From NCBI GenBank assembly GCA_977862235.1, contig OZ374560.1:1798001-1862000 (forward strand): a stretch of DNA of 64,000 bases. Reading direction: 5' to 3'. Below the pieces are notes generated by a model. It was not told the DNA's origin, made no database searches, and saw only the letters and a program-made list of their open reading frames with translations. The position numbers and the translations under genes are program-made. Positions 9,846-22,172 of the stretch are shown here, piece after piece. Source of the stretch: Dudresnaya verticillata (Eukaryota). Numbering within the stretch: the first letter of the stretch is position 1; every line of letters starts with the position of its first letter.

Positions 9846-12800
9846 TCAGGCGATGTGGAGTGCTCCTGCGGGAGGGGGAGAGGGAATTCTTCTTGGCAGG
9901 CCGCTCGGATCAGGTGGATGGCTTCCGTTATTTCTTGGAGATCTTGAGGGGTGGGGTCGCGTAGGGCGAGCTTGTGTAGAGTGGCAGCGGGTTGGCGGAG
10001 GGCAGCGCGCTTGGAGGGGCATTTGGGGGTATCGCCGAACTGCCAGTTTCCGATCTTGGTGGTCCCAAAGGAGTAATGCAGGTGGGAAGCGGTGGGATGA
10101 GTAGACTGGCGCGGGTCTCCTTCTGCTGAGTGCATCGCTCCACGCGCGATGCAGCTCGGACAGGTGTGCCTGGCGCTGGGATGGGGGCGGAGGACTCTGG
10201 GCTGCGCTACGGAGCGATACGCTCGGGAACTTTGTGAGGGCCTGTAGCGTATGGCCTGCGTGCCACGATGCGGTTTTGTCTTTTGATCGTTCGGTCCTTC
10301 GGAGGCATGGGATGAGCTGATGTTGTAGGTATGAATGGCGGACCTTCGGGGGCTCCATGCGGTAGAGGGCGCGTAGTTTCCGCAGCCGGGGAGCAGATAC
10401 GCGTTGCGATTTCTGCCCTATGCAGATACGGAGGAACTGGGAGTCTAGGGTGTCGAGAGCGGTTTCCAATTCGCTCGTTATGTTGACCAGGGCTAGGCCA
10501 TATTCGTAGACCGGTCTGACGAACGCGTTGTACAAATATATCGCGGAGGCGGCGGGCATTGTCGAGGAGAGTGAGCCCAAGGATTGCAGTGCGCCGATGG
10601 CCCTTTTGGCAGCTGAGATGCGCGCGAGTACTGTAGCGGCCCCGAACCCGTTGATGTTAACTTCAACACCAAGGTACCGAATGGTGCTCCGGACAGGGAT
10701 TGGTGCGCCCGCGATACTGAACGCTGCTGTGCTGGGTCTTGTTCTGTGACGTGTTGGGAGTATGGCCGTGCACTTGGCTGGGGACCAGGTCATTCCGTGC
10801 TTGGCAGCCCATTGATCGCAGACCTGTAGGGCTAGGCGTAGGGAGTGGGGACACGAGGCTTGTATCAGGCAGTCATCTGCAAACAACCGGCCAGGTGGGT
10901 CTTGGTCACTGCGGTGTAGAGCTTCACAAAGTTCGTACGCTAGCGAGTCGATGAAGATATTAAAAAGGATTGGGCTGAGGGAGGATCCTTGCACCACACC
11001 GCGTTGTATTACAGCCTGGCACGGTGTGGCATCGCCTGCAGTCCGCACATTGAGAGTTACAAGGGTGCTGCGGATCATTGCAGTAAGGTGTGGGGAGAGT
11101 CTTTCTTCACAAATGTTGATGAGTTTGTGTCTGTCCACTCGGTCGTAGGCCCGTTTTAGGTCTAGTACTGCTCTGTAATCTTCCCCTTGGCAGTTTATAG
11201 ATAGTGTGTGTATGACTGCCATCTCCGCATGGAGACACCTCTGAAAGCCTAGTTGCATCTTGTGCGGCTTAAAGATTGCCTCCAGCTGAAACGCGAGCGC
11301 TCGTTCGATTGTTTTTCGTAAGTGCGAGAGCATACAAATCGGTCGGTAGTTGGATGGTACATCATAAGGACCGGCCTTGTGGACGGGCACCAGCAAGCCA
11401 TTATTCCAGCTGCGAGGGAAGATTCCCAAGTCACCGCAGAGTTTCCAGACGGCGAAGAGCACATCTGCCGCGAGTGTAGGGCACAGTTTGAGCATTTCAG
11501 CATGCACGGCGTCGGGGCCAACTGCTTTCCCACTCTTAGACGACAGGATAGCCATTCTTATAGAGTTCTTGAATGTGGGGGGCAGAAAGAACATGCAGGG
11601 CTGAGGTGCGATCGCACCACCCTGTTGTGAGGCCATACGTCGTGTAAACGCTGCTGGCTGTAGTTTCGGACCTCCGGAGTTCAATGTCTGGATGCGCTTG
11701 GCTCTCTTTTTCTATGGACTCTGATGGCCTGCGCTAGTTCGGAGTGGGGCCTTTGGAGAAGCTCGTTGTCGGATGCGAGGTGTTGCTGGCATTTCAAGGC
11801 TCTCACCTTGGACCGTACAGTACGTTGTAGTTTGCGGTAAGCTTTTTCAGCCGCATGGCGGTGATGTTCACTATTGGAGTTCTTCACAGCTCGGTGCGCA
11901 GGTTGGCGTTTGGCGCGCAGCATTTGGAGTTCAGGTGGGAGATAAGCCTTGCCAGGGCGGCGGGGTGGGGGAACCGCTTGCAGCCACGGCTGGATGAAGA
12001 GATCCGGCAACTTGTCGAAGGCCTTCTGAGCTTCCAGTGGGTCGTGTATTTTTTGTAGACTGTCCGCGAACGCCTTGAGGGTGAGATTGTACTTCTGACG
12101 TACGGACTCGTGGTAGCGTGGATTGGCGAGGATTGGTTTGGTGATGTATTGTCTTCGCTGCCTGGCCGGTGGGTCGTCGGGCTCAAGCGGTCTTGTAGCC
12201 GTACTGTTCTGTGTTTGGACTTCAAAAAGGACTGGCGTGTGGTCACTCGCCCCATCCCAACTTCCAAGTGAGAGGTAGGGGTGCAGGGTGTCACCAGAAT
12301 TTGACAGGCAAAGGTCTATGGTGCTGCGTCCTCTGCTACCGTTGTGGCTGTAGAATGTCGGTTCGTCCGGAGCAAAGATGGAGAAAGCAGACTTGGCGCA
12401 CCACTGGGTGAGTGTGAGCCCTTTCGTGTTTCTTGCAGTGCACCAGTGCGTGTGCCGCGCGTTAAAGTCTCCTAGTAGCAACGTTGCGGAAGGTGCACGT
12501 TCTTTTACTGCATTGAGGGCTTCAATGAGCTGCTCCTTTGACGCTCGAGGGCTGGCATATGTCCCAACAAGGTCGCCAAGGCCCCGTACGTGTATGCAGA
12601 GGAGTTAGTATAATGACGGGTGGAGGTGGAGTGGGGGTGTCACAGTGAACTTCATTCGGGCTCGTACTTCTGGTCGGGTGATGATGGAGACTCCACCGAG
12701 CCAGGGTCCAGAGGGGCCGACGCGGACAGCCGGGATGGAGAAGGTGGCGTGTGGTAGGTTGGTGCGAGTCGGGTCTGGCGCATGCCTTTCAGTGAGTACC

Positions 12801-12911
12801 AGTGCGTGTGGTAAGTTGGTTGTGAGGAAATACATGACGTCCAGATGGCAGGAGTTTAGCCCTGCAACATTCCAAGTGCCGATCTGCAACATTCCAAGTG
12901 CCGATCAGCAT
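9846..12911 (-). pseudogene. LINE ORF2: apurinic-like endonuclease plus reverse transcriptase, disrupted
   Basis: IGTWNVAG, LLGDFNARH..W, TIDL, SDHTPV (APE); KAVGPD, NYRPICML, QLGFQ, LDLKRAYDRV, GVVQGSSLSPILFNIFID, LFADD, YLGV (RT); stops and frameshifts. Confidence 0.93.
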
Positions 12912-13829
12912 TAATATTCCATCGCGTGGGGTCCCGGTTCATCGGGGGGGAGGCGTCTTTGAGGTGATGGAAGGATAGCGGCGCGCAGTGCTTTCAGGCG
13001 TCAGGTTGGGGTTGTGCACGGGCAGAACAGTCCTGATGTTTCCTCCCGGGGCAGGGGCGAGCGCTTCGCAGTGCATCGAGGAAGTGCCTTGTCCCTTTCG
13101 AGCATCACACTGGCCTATGTTTCGTAGTTTGGGGGGAGGCTGATCCTTTTCGGCTGCGGTCACGCCATGCGTCCGCACCGAGCGGCTCGAAAGAGGCGCT
13201 AGGGGGATAGAAGAGTGGCTATCCTCGTGGGGAGTTTGTGCGGCGTGGGCTGCGCGATGTTAGACGTGGGGCGGGACGGTTCCATCGCTTGGTTCGGTTC
13301 CGTCTGCTGGGGAGTGGCGGGTCCTATTGTGGTCCAGGTTCGGTGTAACAGGCGGTGATTGTTCTTCCCATTGGAATGCATGAATTATCCGTGGGGGCAG
13401 AGCTCGTCTGTGGATGCCAAGAGCACGGCAGATTCCGTCCCTTTCGATGCGGGCGAGCAGGAGATCCCTTGCTTCTGGATGGGCAGCGCAGACCGTGCGG
13501 AGGCGTCTCTAGTACCAAGATGCTGTGGGTGCGTGAGGGGTGAGTTTCCCATTTCTCCACCACCTCAGTGCAGCTCCAAAGATGTGGAATGTTTCGTCCG
13601 TGTCAGTGGTGGGGGCTCGGAGGGGTCTAAGATGGACGGGACCGGGCGCATGAACCGCGATAGACTTGTCTCAACCAGTTTCCGTGACTCTTGCTCGAAT
13701 ATAATCTCGAGGGCGTACGGCTCGGACGTGGTATGGTAGGAGAGACCACGGATCGGTCGGCGATTCGATCCCATTACATCGTGCAGTAGACAGGTGTGCA
13801 ACTCCCCAATAGGAATCCATTTATCGTAG

Positions 13830-15044
13830 TCAAAGTACGCGAAGGTCAGGGGGCTCGTTGGATCCCATTGAGAGATTTGTCGGTTGCGGTCGGCCGTACA
13901 TGGCTTCGAGCGACGTCATGGTCTGATGTATCCTTGCGGCGAAGTGGGGAGGTTCCGTACTCGCGGCTTCTAGGAATGAGCGTTGCGAGCGAACTTCGGT
14001 TGCTGCTTCGGTATCTTGGTCTCGAAGTGTTCTAATCGCATGTCTACTGGGAGGCATTCTTCTATCTTGCTGTTGAGCTTGCATTCTGGTTATGAGGTCG
14101 GTCAGCTTGGACGTCTGGCGTTCCGATAGGGCTTCCGCCTTCTGTTGGCTTTCCATTGCTCTCTCATCAATGCGCGCGGCCAGCGAGGTTTGCGTAGAGT
14201 GCAGGTCGCACTCTATGGCAGCCATTCGTGCACTGTGGTTCTGTTCGATCGCTTCGACTCGTTGTTGTGTGGCTTTGAGACCAGCCCCTTGTTCTCGTAG
14301 AGACTCATCGATACGTTGTAGGAGCCGTTCTGCGACAAGGGTTTGCGTGCGGGCCGATCTTCTAGAGGGTTTGGTGAGCACCAGCGGTTTAGCCATTTGT
14401 AGTGCTGTCTGTTGCAATGCGCTGGCAAAATGCAGTACTTTCAGCAGCTTGTTCCCCGAGATCGAGGAGCCACAATGCCAGCAGTATAGGTCCACAACGC
14501 TGCTGTGCTTGAGCCCCAGGGAGCCCGGGTGTGGGGTGACACAGAAAGGGCAGAGCGCGTAGTACCTCGTTTGCGCGGTGAACTGTCTGGGGGTATGCCG
14601 TGATGCGAGGGAGGAGAGTTTGGGAGGTAGCACGGCTTCAGTCGCGGTGGTGTCCGAAGGCGGCGAGCTTTTTGTGGGACTGGAGTGGCGGGGGTGTGGT
14701 CGGGGCCTGGGGGTGGTGCGGCGGTGTCGGAGTGGAGGGGTGTTGGTCGTGGGTGGGATCAGATCGACATCAGCGTCGGCGTTGGCGCCGTTGGAGAGCA
14801 GGTCGGGCCTGTCAGATGTGTAGGTAGCTCGGGTTGCTCTGACAAATCCTGACGTCTTTCCAGGGGTTGGGGAGGCTTGATTTTGGGGTGCTGGTCGGGC
14901 CTGATGCGGGAGCCGGGTGATGTGGTTTGTTCGTGTCGTGTGGCCCGGCGGACCTGGGGATGGGCCGCACATTCGTGCGTGGTGATGTGGCAGTAGGTCG
15001 GGCCACGTGGAAGCTCGTGGGGGCTCCCGTGGCAGGTTGTCCAA
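13830..15044 (-). CDS. LINE ORF1-like protein: Pro-rich N-terminus, CxxC-CxxC zinc finger, coiled coil
   Basis: 404-aa frame upstream of ORF2; CPFC...CWHC; heptad-rich LLQRIDESLREQ..LTDLITRMQ; probably continues, frameshifted, toward ~13300. Confidence 0.7.
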   Translation of the reverse strand: MDNLPREPPRASTWPDLLPHHHARMCGPSPGPPGHTTRTNHITRLPHQARPAPQNQASPTPGKTSGFVRATRATYTSDRPDLLSNGANADADVDLIPPTTNTPPLRHRRTTPRPRPHPRHSSPTKSSPPSDTTATEAVLPPKLSSLASRHTPRQFTAQTRYYALCPFCVTPHPGSLGLKHSSVVDLYCWHCGSSISGNKLLKVLHFASALQQTALQMAKPLVLTKPSRRSARTQTLVAERLLQRIDESLREQGAGLKATQQRVEAIEQNHSARMAAIECDLHSTQTSLAARIDERAMESQQKAEALSERQTSKLTDLITRMQAQQQDRRMPPSRHAIRTLRDQDTEAATEVRSQRSFLEAASTEPPHFAARIHQTMTSLEAMYGRPQPTNLSMGSNEPPDLRVL

Positions 15045-15577
15045 TGGCCTTGATTGGTTTGTCGCGGGTCGGCCCGGGCTTCAGTTCGCGATGGTCAACA
15101 GAGTGGTAGTGCGGCACGATCCAAAGGGTCCAATTTGATGGTGGTAGCATAATCGAGCTCCACGTGGGCATGGGACCATGGAATATATTTCAGAAATAAA
15201 ACTTTGGCCCATAACTGTCCGGTAATAATTGATACTGACAGAAAGACCCCGCAGCCGCGGCTAGCACATGCTCGTATGCATTTTTCGTGCATCGTACGAT
15301 GCATGCAGCCGTACAATAGCCCGCCTTTTGCACTGGTAAGGCGAAAAGGCGGGCTATTCTACGGCAGCAGAATCTCCCACATGGGTCGACTTTCGTCGCG
15401 ACACTGCGACGTTCATATAGAAGCTGCGACGGGCGTCGACCTGTACGAACTTCGACCCAGCGATCGCTCCAGCGCGCGCACGGTACGCATGGGTCGCTCG
15501 ATCGCGGAAACCGTACGGTAAGTTGTAGGATGAGGATCGATTCGCGCATGCGATCATGGCCGCCGCCGCCAGAGGTT

Positions 15578-15805
15578 GGTTACGGAGTCCATAATGAAAA
15601 ATGACGCTTCCTGCAGGAGAGTGGCTGCGAGGGCCTCTGCGTCAACATGTGCCCAGAGCTTTTTCACTGAGATCTTAAGTCTCCCGGTTAGGATGACCCC
15701 AGATTATGATGACTGCAGCTGCTAAATGACATTTGGAGGCCACACCCCCTCTCCCCCTTGGCAACGATCCTGCTCTGTCTGGCCACTGCTTCATTTACTG
15801 CAAAA
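15578..15805 (+). pseudogene. Fragment of beta-carotene isomerase D27-like C-terminal domain
   Basis: Manual translation GVHNEK*RFLQESGCEGLCVNMC/QSFFTEILSLPVRMTPDYDDCSC*MTFG/PPLPLGNDPALSGHC follows the D27 pattern KCRyLEeSgCxGxCvNmCKxPTQxFF..LPlxMxPnfeDxSC. Confidence 0.8.
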
Positions 15806-18545
15806 TGGCTAGACCCGTGTACCAGCGCGGAGATAATGTATGTGACGTTGATAGTGGGAAGGCAGCACGGAGCGTGCTGCCAGCCTCCGTTACAGGTACC
15901 AGGAACACCTCAACGAGTAAAATCTCTGCCTTCAGCAGCATGTACCATCATCTACGAGTGCCACTCTCTTCCACCATGCCATACACTCCCCGAATCAGCC
16001 CGTCCAGGTCGCTGTCACCGTCGTATCCATCTCGGCTTATTTACAACAGGACAGCCGCTTCCGCCAGTTTCTTCTTGAGACGCGTGTCTGCGTTAAGTCG
16101 CTCGCATTGCGCTGATATTGCACAAGCCGCCCACGGTTATTCCAGGCTTGCCAATGATCTGTCGAAAAACAGATTGGGGAATGTGAATGCGATGTACGCG
16201 TTCATGCAGGTCTGCGGGAACAACTGTGAGTTTGCGTCGCAATTGTAGATGGGCAACATCCATCCCTAATTCGACCATCTACAACTGAGCTGTCTCGGGT
16301 ACTTGAGCGTTAGCATATGCGTGATTCTGCTGAGCTCGCCGCAATGCGCTATCCATCTCTTGTGCGCACCCGTTCTCTTCCCTCCGCACGCGTTACCATA
16401 GCTCTGAGTCCACCCCATTGTCAACCTCGATATCCCTTGATTGTTCCGGCCCATGACAGCCTGCCCGGCTATTACTACCGCTGCAACCGGGGGAACTGCG
16501 TCCACCCGATCCTTTGTGATCCTCATTTGAGGACTAGTCTTTGTCTTGTGATGCGTGATGCGCAAACGCTTGAGACCCGACGGGAAATTCTTTGTGGGAC
16601 AACAGCATGGTTCTGTAACGCCGTTCTTCTTCTGGAACTCCGAGTAGGTTCAGCCGCGGAATCATTCGCATTGGCGTTCCCCTCCTCTTCTTCCTCATCG
16701 TTACAAGGCGAAAAGCCCCGCACCCCAAGCACGCATGTGGACGCCTTGTAGGTAACCTGCTTGATCTTCCCTATCCCTCGGCGAGTAGCACGTATTGCTC
16801 TGCTGTTGACCTCATCCTTATCGGCCTGAGCAGTGATGTCGGCAGCCTTCATCGCATCCCGATCCCACTCAACGGTGTTCATCTCGCGGCGCAGGGAATG
16901 TCGTGCTTGCGGTCATTGCGGTATCACTCCGATCGCGGGCGAGTGAACCGCTCCTGCGAGCGGCGCGACGGGGTGCCTGACTCGTTCGGCGACGACCTCC
17001 CGTTGCTGGGCCTACTTCTATTCGTCTCGGGTTTGGAAGGTGACTCAGGCTTGCGATTCTCCCCGCGCTGCATGGTCTACGCCGGCTTCGAAGAGAGCGC
17101 ACCCCTCAGCGCTCTGTGAGGGCTCCACCGATGATTTCTTGTCGGAAGACTTGTCTACGGAAGACTTGTCCGCAGGCGGCTATTCCACGGAGGAGGGGTC
17201 GGGTTTATCGGATGAATATTCCAATTGTTCTGTTTCTGGTGATGCTCGTTGGTCTGACCTTATTCAGACCTGAGGGCTTGTCTAGTGCATGCGATTCGTC
17301 CTGTGGTTTCTCCCGGCGGGTCTTTGCTCGCCCCTTCGTCGCCCGAGGACTTCTCAGGGGCTCCGGCTTCGGCTGTTGAGCAGTATTGTCACTCTTCTCC
17401 AAGTCTGGGGTGTTGGGCGCAGCGGCAGTAGTGGTGGTGGCATCGGCAACGGTGGTGGCGATGGTGGCGGTGGTGGCGGTACCGACAGCGGAATGACGCA
17501 GGGCACGGGCCCAGCCAGTTGTATACGCTGTCATCGCTGTCGTTGTTGTCAGTGCTGTTGTACGTTGGTACGCGCTGTCAACGCTGTCATTTTGGTCAGC
17601 GCTGTTGTACGTGGGATCGTCGGGGTCTGAAAAATCATGAATAGCTAATAAATATTGCCCATACAAGTGTACACGTAGAAGATCTCACTTCGACAAAGGC
17701 TCTAGCTGAACCAAGAGAATTGTAGAAATACCATCCTGCGGGGATCATAATTATCGTTCTCGAGATTTGACTCTAACGTTTCTAAGGACCACACAGTTTC
17801 GAGTCTACATCTCTGATACTAGTTCAGACATGTGTTTCCCACTTTCGACTGATGCCCTAGACCAGAATATCATTTTGAGGCCCGACAAAGGCAAAGAACG
17901 TTCGACCTAGATGTCTGTAACAATTTAGCTTGGGGAGGAGTCTGCCGCGTATCCGACAAGGCGTGGTTCCACATGCTTCTAAGACTCGAAAGACCCGTCC
18001 ATGCCCATGGAGTTCATTTGTCTATTTAATCTCACTGCAGCGAACTCTGAACCTCTTCCCTCCAAATCAAGTTATTGCAAACTATCCTATATTTTCTTCC
18101 GCCAGATTGCACACCTGAGCAGCAGCTAGATCTACTGTACCGGGCAGAGACGAGCCAGGCATCTATAAGTAATTTTTCCTCTCCTGGGGACCGTAAATAT
18201 GTTGCTGCGTGGGAAAAACCAGAGAGATGCTAGGCAGCTTTGGGCTGCCGAAAACATTAGAAAGTATTTAACATTGCAACTCCCCAAACCTCCGGGGAAA
18301 TATACTTTATGCTGTCGCAGAGACACCGAGCAAAGGTCTCTACTACGGTTCCAAATACTATTTCTTGTTATACTAACAAATACCACCCCTTCTACTCGAT
18401 GCGCTGAGTGATGTTCGAATTTGATTCTTGTTTGAGGTGGAAATGTGAATAACGTACTGTGGACAGCAGCTATTCCGCCATGGACACGATATGGTGACTT
18501 TTATTCCTCACGACGTAAGCATAAAAGGCGCCGGGTAGCCCCAAG

Positions 18546-18681
18546 CAGGGCTGCGAGCAATAACATTGCAAGTTATTGCTGCTCATCAAAAATGTAACAA
18601 GCAATATGTTGCACCAATGCTCTCCCCTTCGGCAATATATTGCAATATATTGCTATTGCAATTAATTGCACGACAGCCCTA
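18546..18681. mobile_element. MITE, hAT-like termini
   Basis: TIRs CAGGGCTGCGAGCAAT / ATTGCACGACAGCCCTA; flanking duplication CCCCAAG; internal GCAATATATTGC-type palindromes. Confidence 0.7.
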
Positions 18682-19124
18682 CCCCAAGTCATGCTGTACA
18701 TCCGGCGTGTGGCGATCGGCGGGGCAGAGCATCCCTGTAATGGCCAAGCGGGCACTTCCTTGACACAGACGCTATAATATGAGCGCAAGAAATACGCAAT
18801 GGCGCCAACGAGGAATCTTAGGCCATGCCAACAAATATACAATTGGTAGCATCGTGCGGTGCCACTCTCTCTTCTTCTAGTCGGTCCATCATAATAACAG
18901 TTTTGAGCGCCGCTTTACATTTCGGGGACTGTGGTATAGCAAGATTCAGCAGGTGTTTCAGTAGGGCATGCAGTCTTGTATTCTATATCTACCGAGGCGG
19001 CTTTGTCGCAAGATTGATTGCGCGGATTGGGGAACTACGACTGCATTACTCTACCAGAATCTGCGGAGCTTTAGAAATGAAGTTAGGCTATTGGCAGCGC
19101 TCCAACCCGCCCTGTTCAGACGGT

Positions 19125-19500
19125 GTGATGTTAAACTTCTATTCGTTGTTTTGGGTGGTCCCGCTCGGGCGACTTGAAGGCCCATGTGCAGGCACACCAG
19201 GGTTGGCTGCAGTGACAGAGGGCTGTCATTGTAGTGTATCCCGGGGAAGAGAACGGAACAGTCGTGGTGTGTCTATGATTGGGGGGCTGACGGCGTGGTG
19301 AGCGGGGAAGACTGCGTGTTCAGAGAGGGAAAATGTGCTGAACACAGGATGCGGATGGTGGCGATCGTGCTGGTAATGGTATGTAGATCTTCGGGGGTGG
19401 CATCTGGTTTGGAGAGCAGATGGAGGCCTTGGGCGTGGGTTCGCAGGGTTGCACGTGTGGTGGAGCAGGAAGGGGGAATGGGGTGCTGCTCCAAGTGCAG
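19125..19500 (-). mobile_element. 5'-truncated 3' fragment of a related LINE
   Basis: RATLRTHAQGLHLLSKPDATPEDLHTITSTIATIRILC resembles RAALRQPAATLHKLALRDPTPQDLQEITEAIHLIRAAC at ~9900-10010; shares the GTGTGCCTGCA.ATGGGC...CGCCCG tail; 5' boundary approximate. Confidence 0.75.
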
Positions 19501-20309
19501 CCCGCGACATTCCCGCGTGAAATCGCGATCAGCGCCCCGACGCGAATCCGGACCCATGGTGAAATCCGATTGGATCATGCCCACCATTTGAACATTCCAT
19601 TGGGCCACTTGGCGCACGGCCATCTCATACATCGCCGCTCAGCAGTTGCCCGAAAAGCTTTTTGGGCAACTGCTGAGCGGGTTTTTTGAAAACCCCAAAG
19701 CGTCACGCCGTCGTCCCGCCGAGCTCCACCGCACCGGCACATAGATACTGCAGCATGGTCACCGACCAGTCCCAATGTACAGCTCTTCCCGTTTCGCACC
19801 TGCCCTACAATCTTCTCGTGTTGATTCGTTCATGTCCTTGCAATAAGGTATGCAAGCAATAGCCAACAGCTAACCTTGTATACCTTATTGCAAGGACATG
19901 AACGAATCAACACGAGAAGATTGTAGGGCAGGTGCATATTATTCTGCGCCTGTCCCGTGCCACTGCCACTTCTGCTTTGCTCACAGCGCTTTGCCATGGT
20001 CACAGCGCCCCGCGACGCTTATCGGTGCGAAAGTTCGGCAATTTTACAGGCGATGCGATGTGCACGGGGACGGCGAGCGCTCGTGTGGCATGTGCCGAGC
20101 AATTAAGACAAGTGCTACCTTCTCTTGTGCACTTCGACTTCGTACCCACAAAGTCGAGGTTTCCAAGAGAAGGCAACACCTTCCTTAACTGCTGGGCACA
20201 GCAAGCTTACACGCTCTCGCTCCAGTGCATCTCTTTCGCTCTCACTGTCTCACTTTCTCTCTCTCTCTCTCTCTCGCCTCCAATATCTCGACGCCGATAC
20301 TGTCCGCTC

Positions 20310-21060
20310 CCGAGGCCTCGACCTCAACCTGTCCAAGTGCAGCGTCTCGTGGCCGTCCGAGCCGTCCGCTACCTCCCGTGCTCTCTACCCAGACTCTGTC
20401 ACACAGGAATATTGTGACATCGCAACCGTGGTTTTAACGCACCTCTCCGTACAGACCAGTTTGTGGAGCGTTTCTTCCTTTCCCACGTGGCCAATATGGA
20501 CAAGCTCTTCCAAGCCATCGAGGTCCTGGACAACACACAGGTGGCTTACTTTCTCCTTCGGTACTGTTTCGGCACCAGCCAACTTATATACAGGCTGAGG
20601 CTTATACCGCCACGCCTATCCCTTGCAGGCTTTCGTGCGTTGGACAAGCGGATCTATGAGTTCTTTCGAAACATCATTGATTGCTCTTTGTCGCCTACAG
20701 CCTAAAAGAACTCATAGATCCGCTTGTCTAACGCACAAACGCCTGCAAGGCCTTCAGTTGCCAGTTCGAGCTCCCCAGAAAACCCCGCCAATCTCGTTAT
20801 CGTCTTCCGCTGTCACGCTCTCACCATGTGCATACCTTGCATCCGTCGGGAAAACAAATCCGACCTGTGCTCGCCTACAAGAGACGTTCTCTTGTAGGCA
20901 AGCACAGGTAGGCGAGCACAGGTCGGATTTGTTTTCCCGCTGACGCAGACCCGCCCGGAACATATCTGGACACACTTCACTCTTATGAACGTTGGAATTC
21001 TCTCTACAGCCCTGAAATTTCCCTGCGGTATGCGCTTGGGTCCCTGGCGTCCTGTTCGTC
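20310..21060 (+). pseudogene. Fragment of CRE/RLE-type non-LTR retrotransposon RT (C-terminal part and thumb)
   Basis: GLDLNLSKCSVSWP followed by LDNTQVAYFLLRYCFGTSQLIYRLRLIPP...LDKRIYEFFRNII; boundaries approximate. Confidence 0.7.
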
Positions 21061-22118
21061 AACATACTTCCCCCCAAACGTGACCGTTTGGTCCCGCTCG
21101 GCTCGCGTTGACGTCGAGAGAGATCGTCGAGGCGTCAGCCACTTGCTCGCCGCGCACGCTCGCCACCCGCTGCTTGGTGGCCAAGCGGCCGCCTCGCCCT
21201 CGTCTGTTGTTGCAGCAACTATCTCTGCCCCGCAGTGCGCGTCGAGCACGGTACTGCACAAACAGGAAACCGCGAGCCGCGCTGCGGAGCGCGGGGGAAA
21301 CGAAAAAAGGCCAGCATCATTCCCTTATTATATATAGCATCGGGAGTCGGATGCGTGGGTCCCGCTCGTTTTGCCGACCCGATGTTGCGACCGTGAAGCG
21401 CAACCCTTGAGAGTACTCTGAATTTTCGCAATTCCCTTATGCAAACTACGACAAGCCCACCTGTATCCTACGCGTTGTTCCTAGCAATAGCCCTTCCGCT
21501 TGTATGACAGGCGCCGCTGCGTCACTTGTTTACATGGACCATGACAACCACAGTACAAATAGCGTCGCCGGCGACATTCTCTGCGACGGAACACCACGAA
21601 CAGCGACTCGGTGAATGTCCTTGCAAGCGAGTAGGCGCGAAGAACTGCGAGTGAAGAACCCCCGTAGACGACCTTACCCGATCTGCAGCCCAACTTTCCG
21701 TGCGGTAAGTGCCAGCCGGGCGCTCCAACCTTTGGTCTCGTACTAGAAACGCCGATGCTGACCTGGACTGTGTCTCTCAAACACTGCTATCGTGCGAGCG
21801 CAACTGCACGCACGCGGGCAGAAGTTGGGCACAGTCGTCTGCAACGTGGGCAACAAGAGGCAACAATTTCCTGCGCCTTCTCGCGAGTCGCATCTGAAGT
21901 GAAAGTCAGTCCGTACCGGTGGCCGCTTGCTCGCTCCTACGGAAGACCCTAGCAGCAACATCACGCTGGTCGTTGCTATTGCTGTCGTCGTCGCCGTATT
22001 TCTCAGCAGCGCAAATACTCACAGACAGTCCACACACGAGCCCTAACGAGGCCTGCACACATTCACGCCCGCGTCCGTCTCTGCAGTATGGCGAGCCAAA
22101 CTTTCCTGGATCCCGCGC

Positions 22119-22172
22119 TTTCTTGCTTTCGATGATTCAAAACGAGGGTGTTGAATCATCGAAAGCAAGAAA
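22119..22172. repeat. Perfect 22-bp inverted repeat with 10-nt loop
   Basis: TTTCTTGCTTTCGATGATTCAA-aacgagggtg-TTGAATCATCGAAAGCAAGAAA. Confidence 0.9.

Larger units (their letters stand above)
9756..15138 (-). mobile_element. Non-LTR retrotransposon (LINE; ORF1 plus APE-RT ORF2), apparently full length
   Basis: Boundaries defined by the empty site CGCC-TGG-TGGTAGCAT at ~49756; TGG on both sides; AATAAA near 3' end, no poly(A). Confidence 0.9.
8995..15250 (+). mobile_element. 3' fragment of CACTA/EnSpm-like element (8995-9755 plus 15139-15250), split by the LINE
   Basis: Both pieces align colinearly with the contiguous sequence at ~49002-49870. Confidence 0.8.

Noticed and set aside
15900..17666. 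Minus-strand low-complexity ORF remnants
   Set aside because: Thr/Ala and acidic tracts with no recognisable domain and many breaks
20256..20275. (CT)n microsatellite
   Set aside because: Ordinary simple repeat
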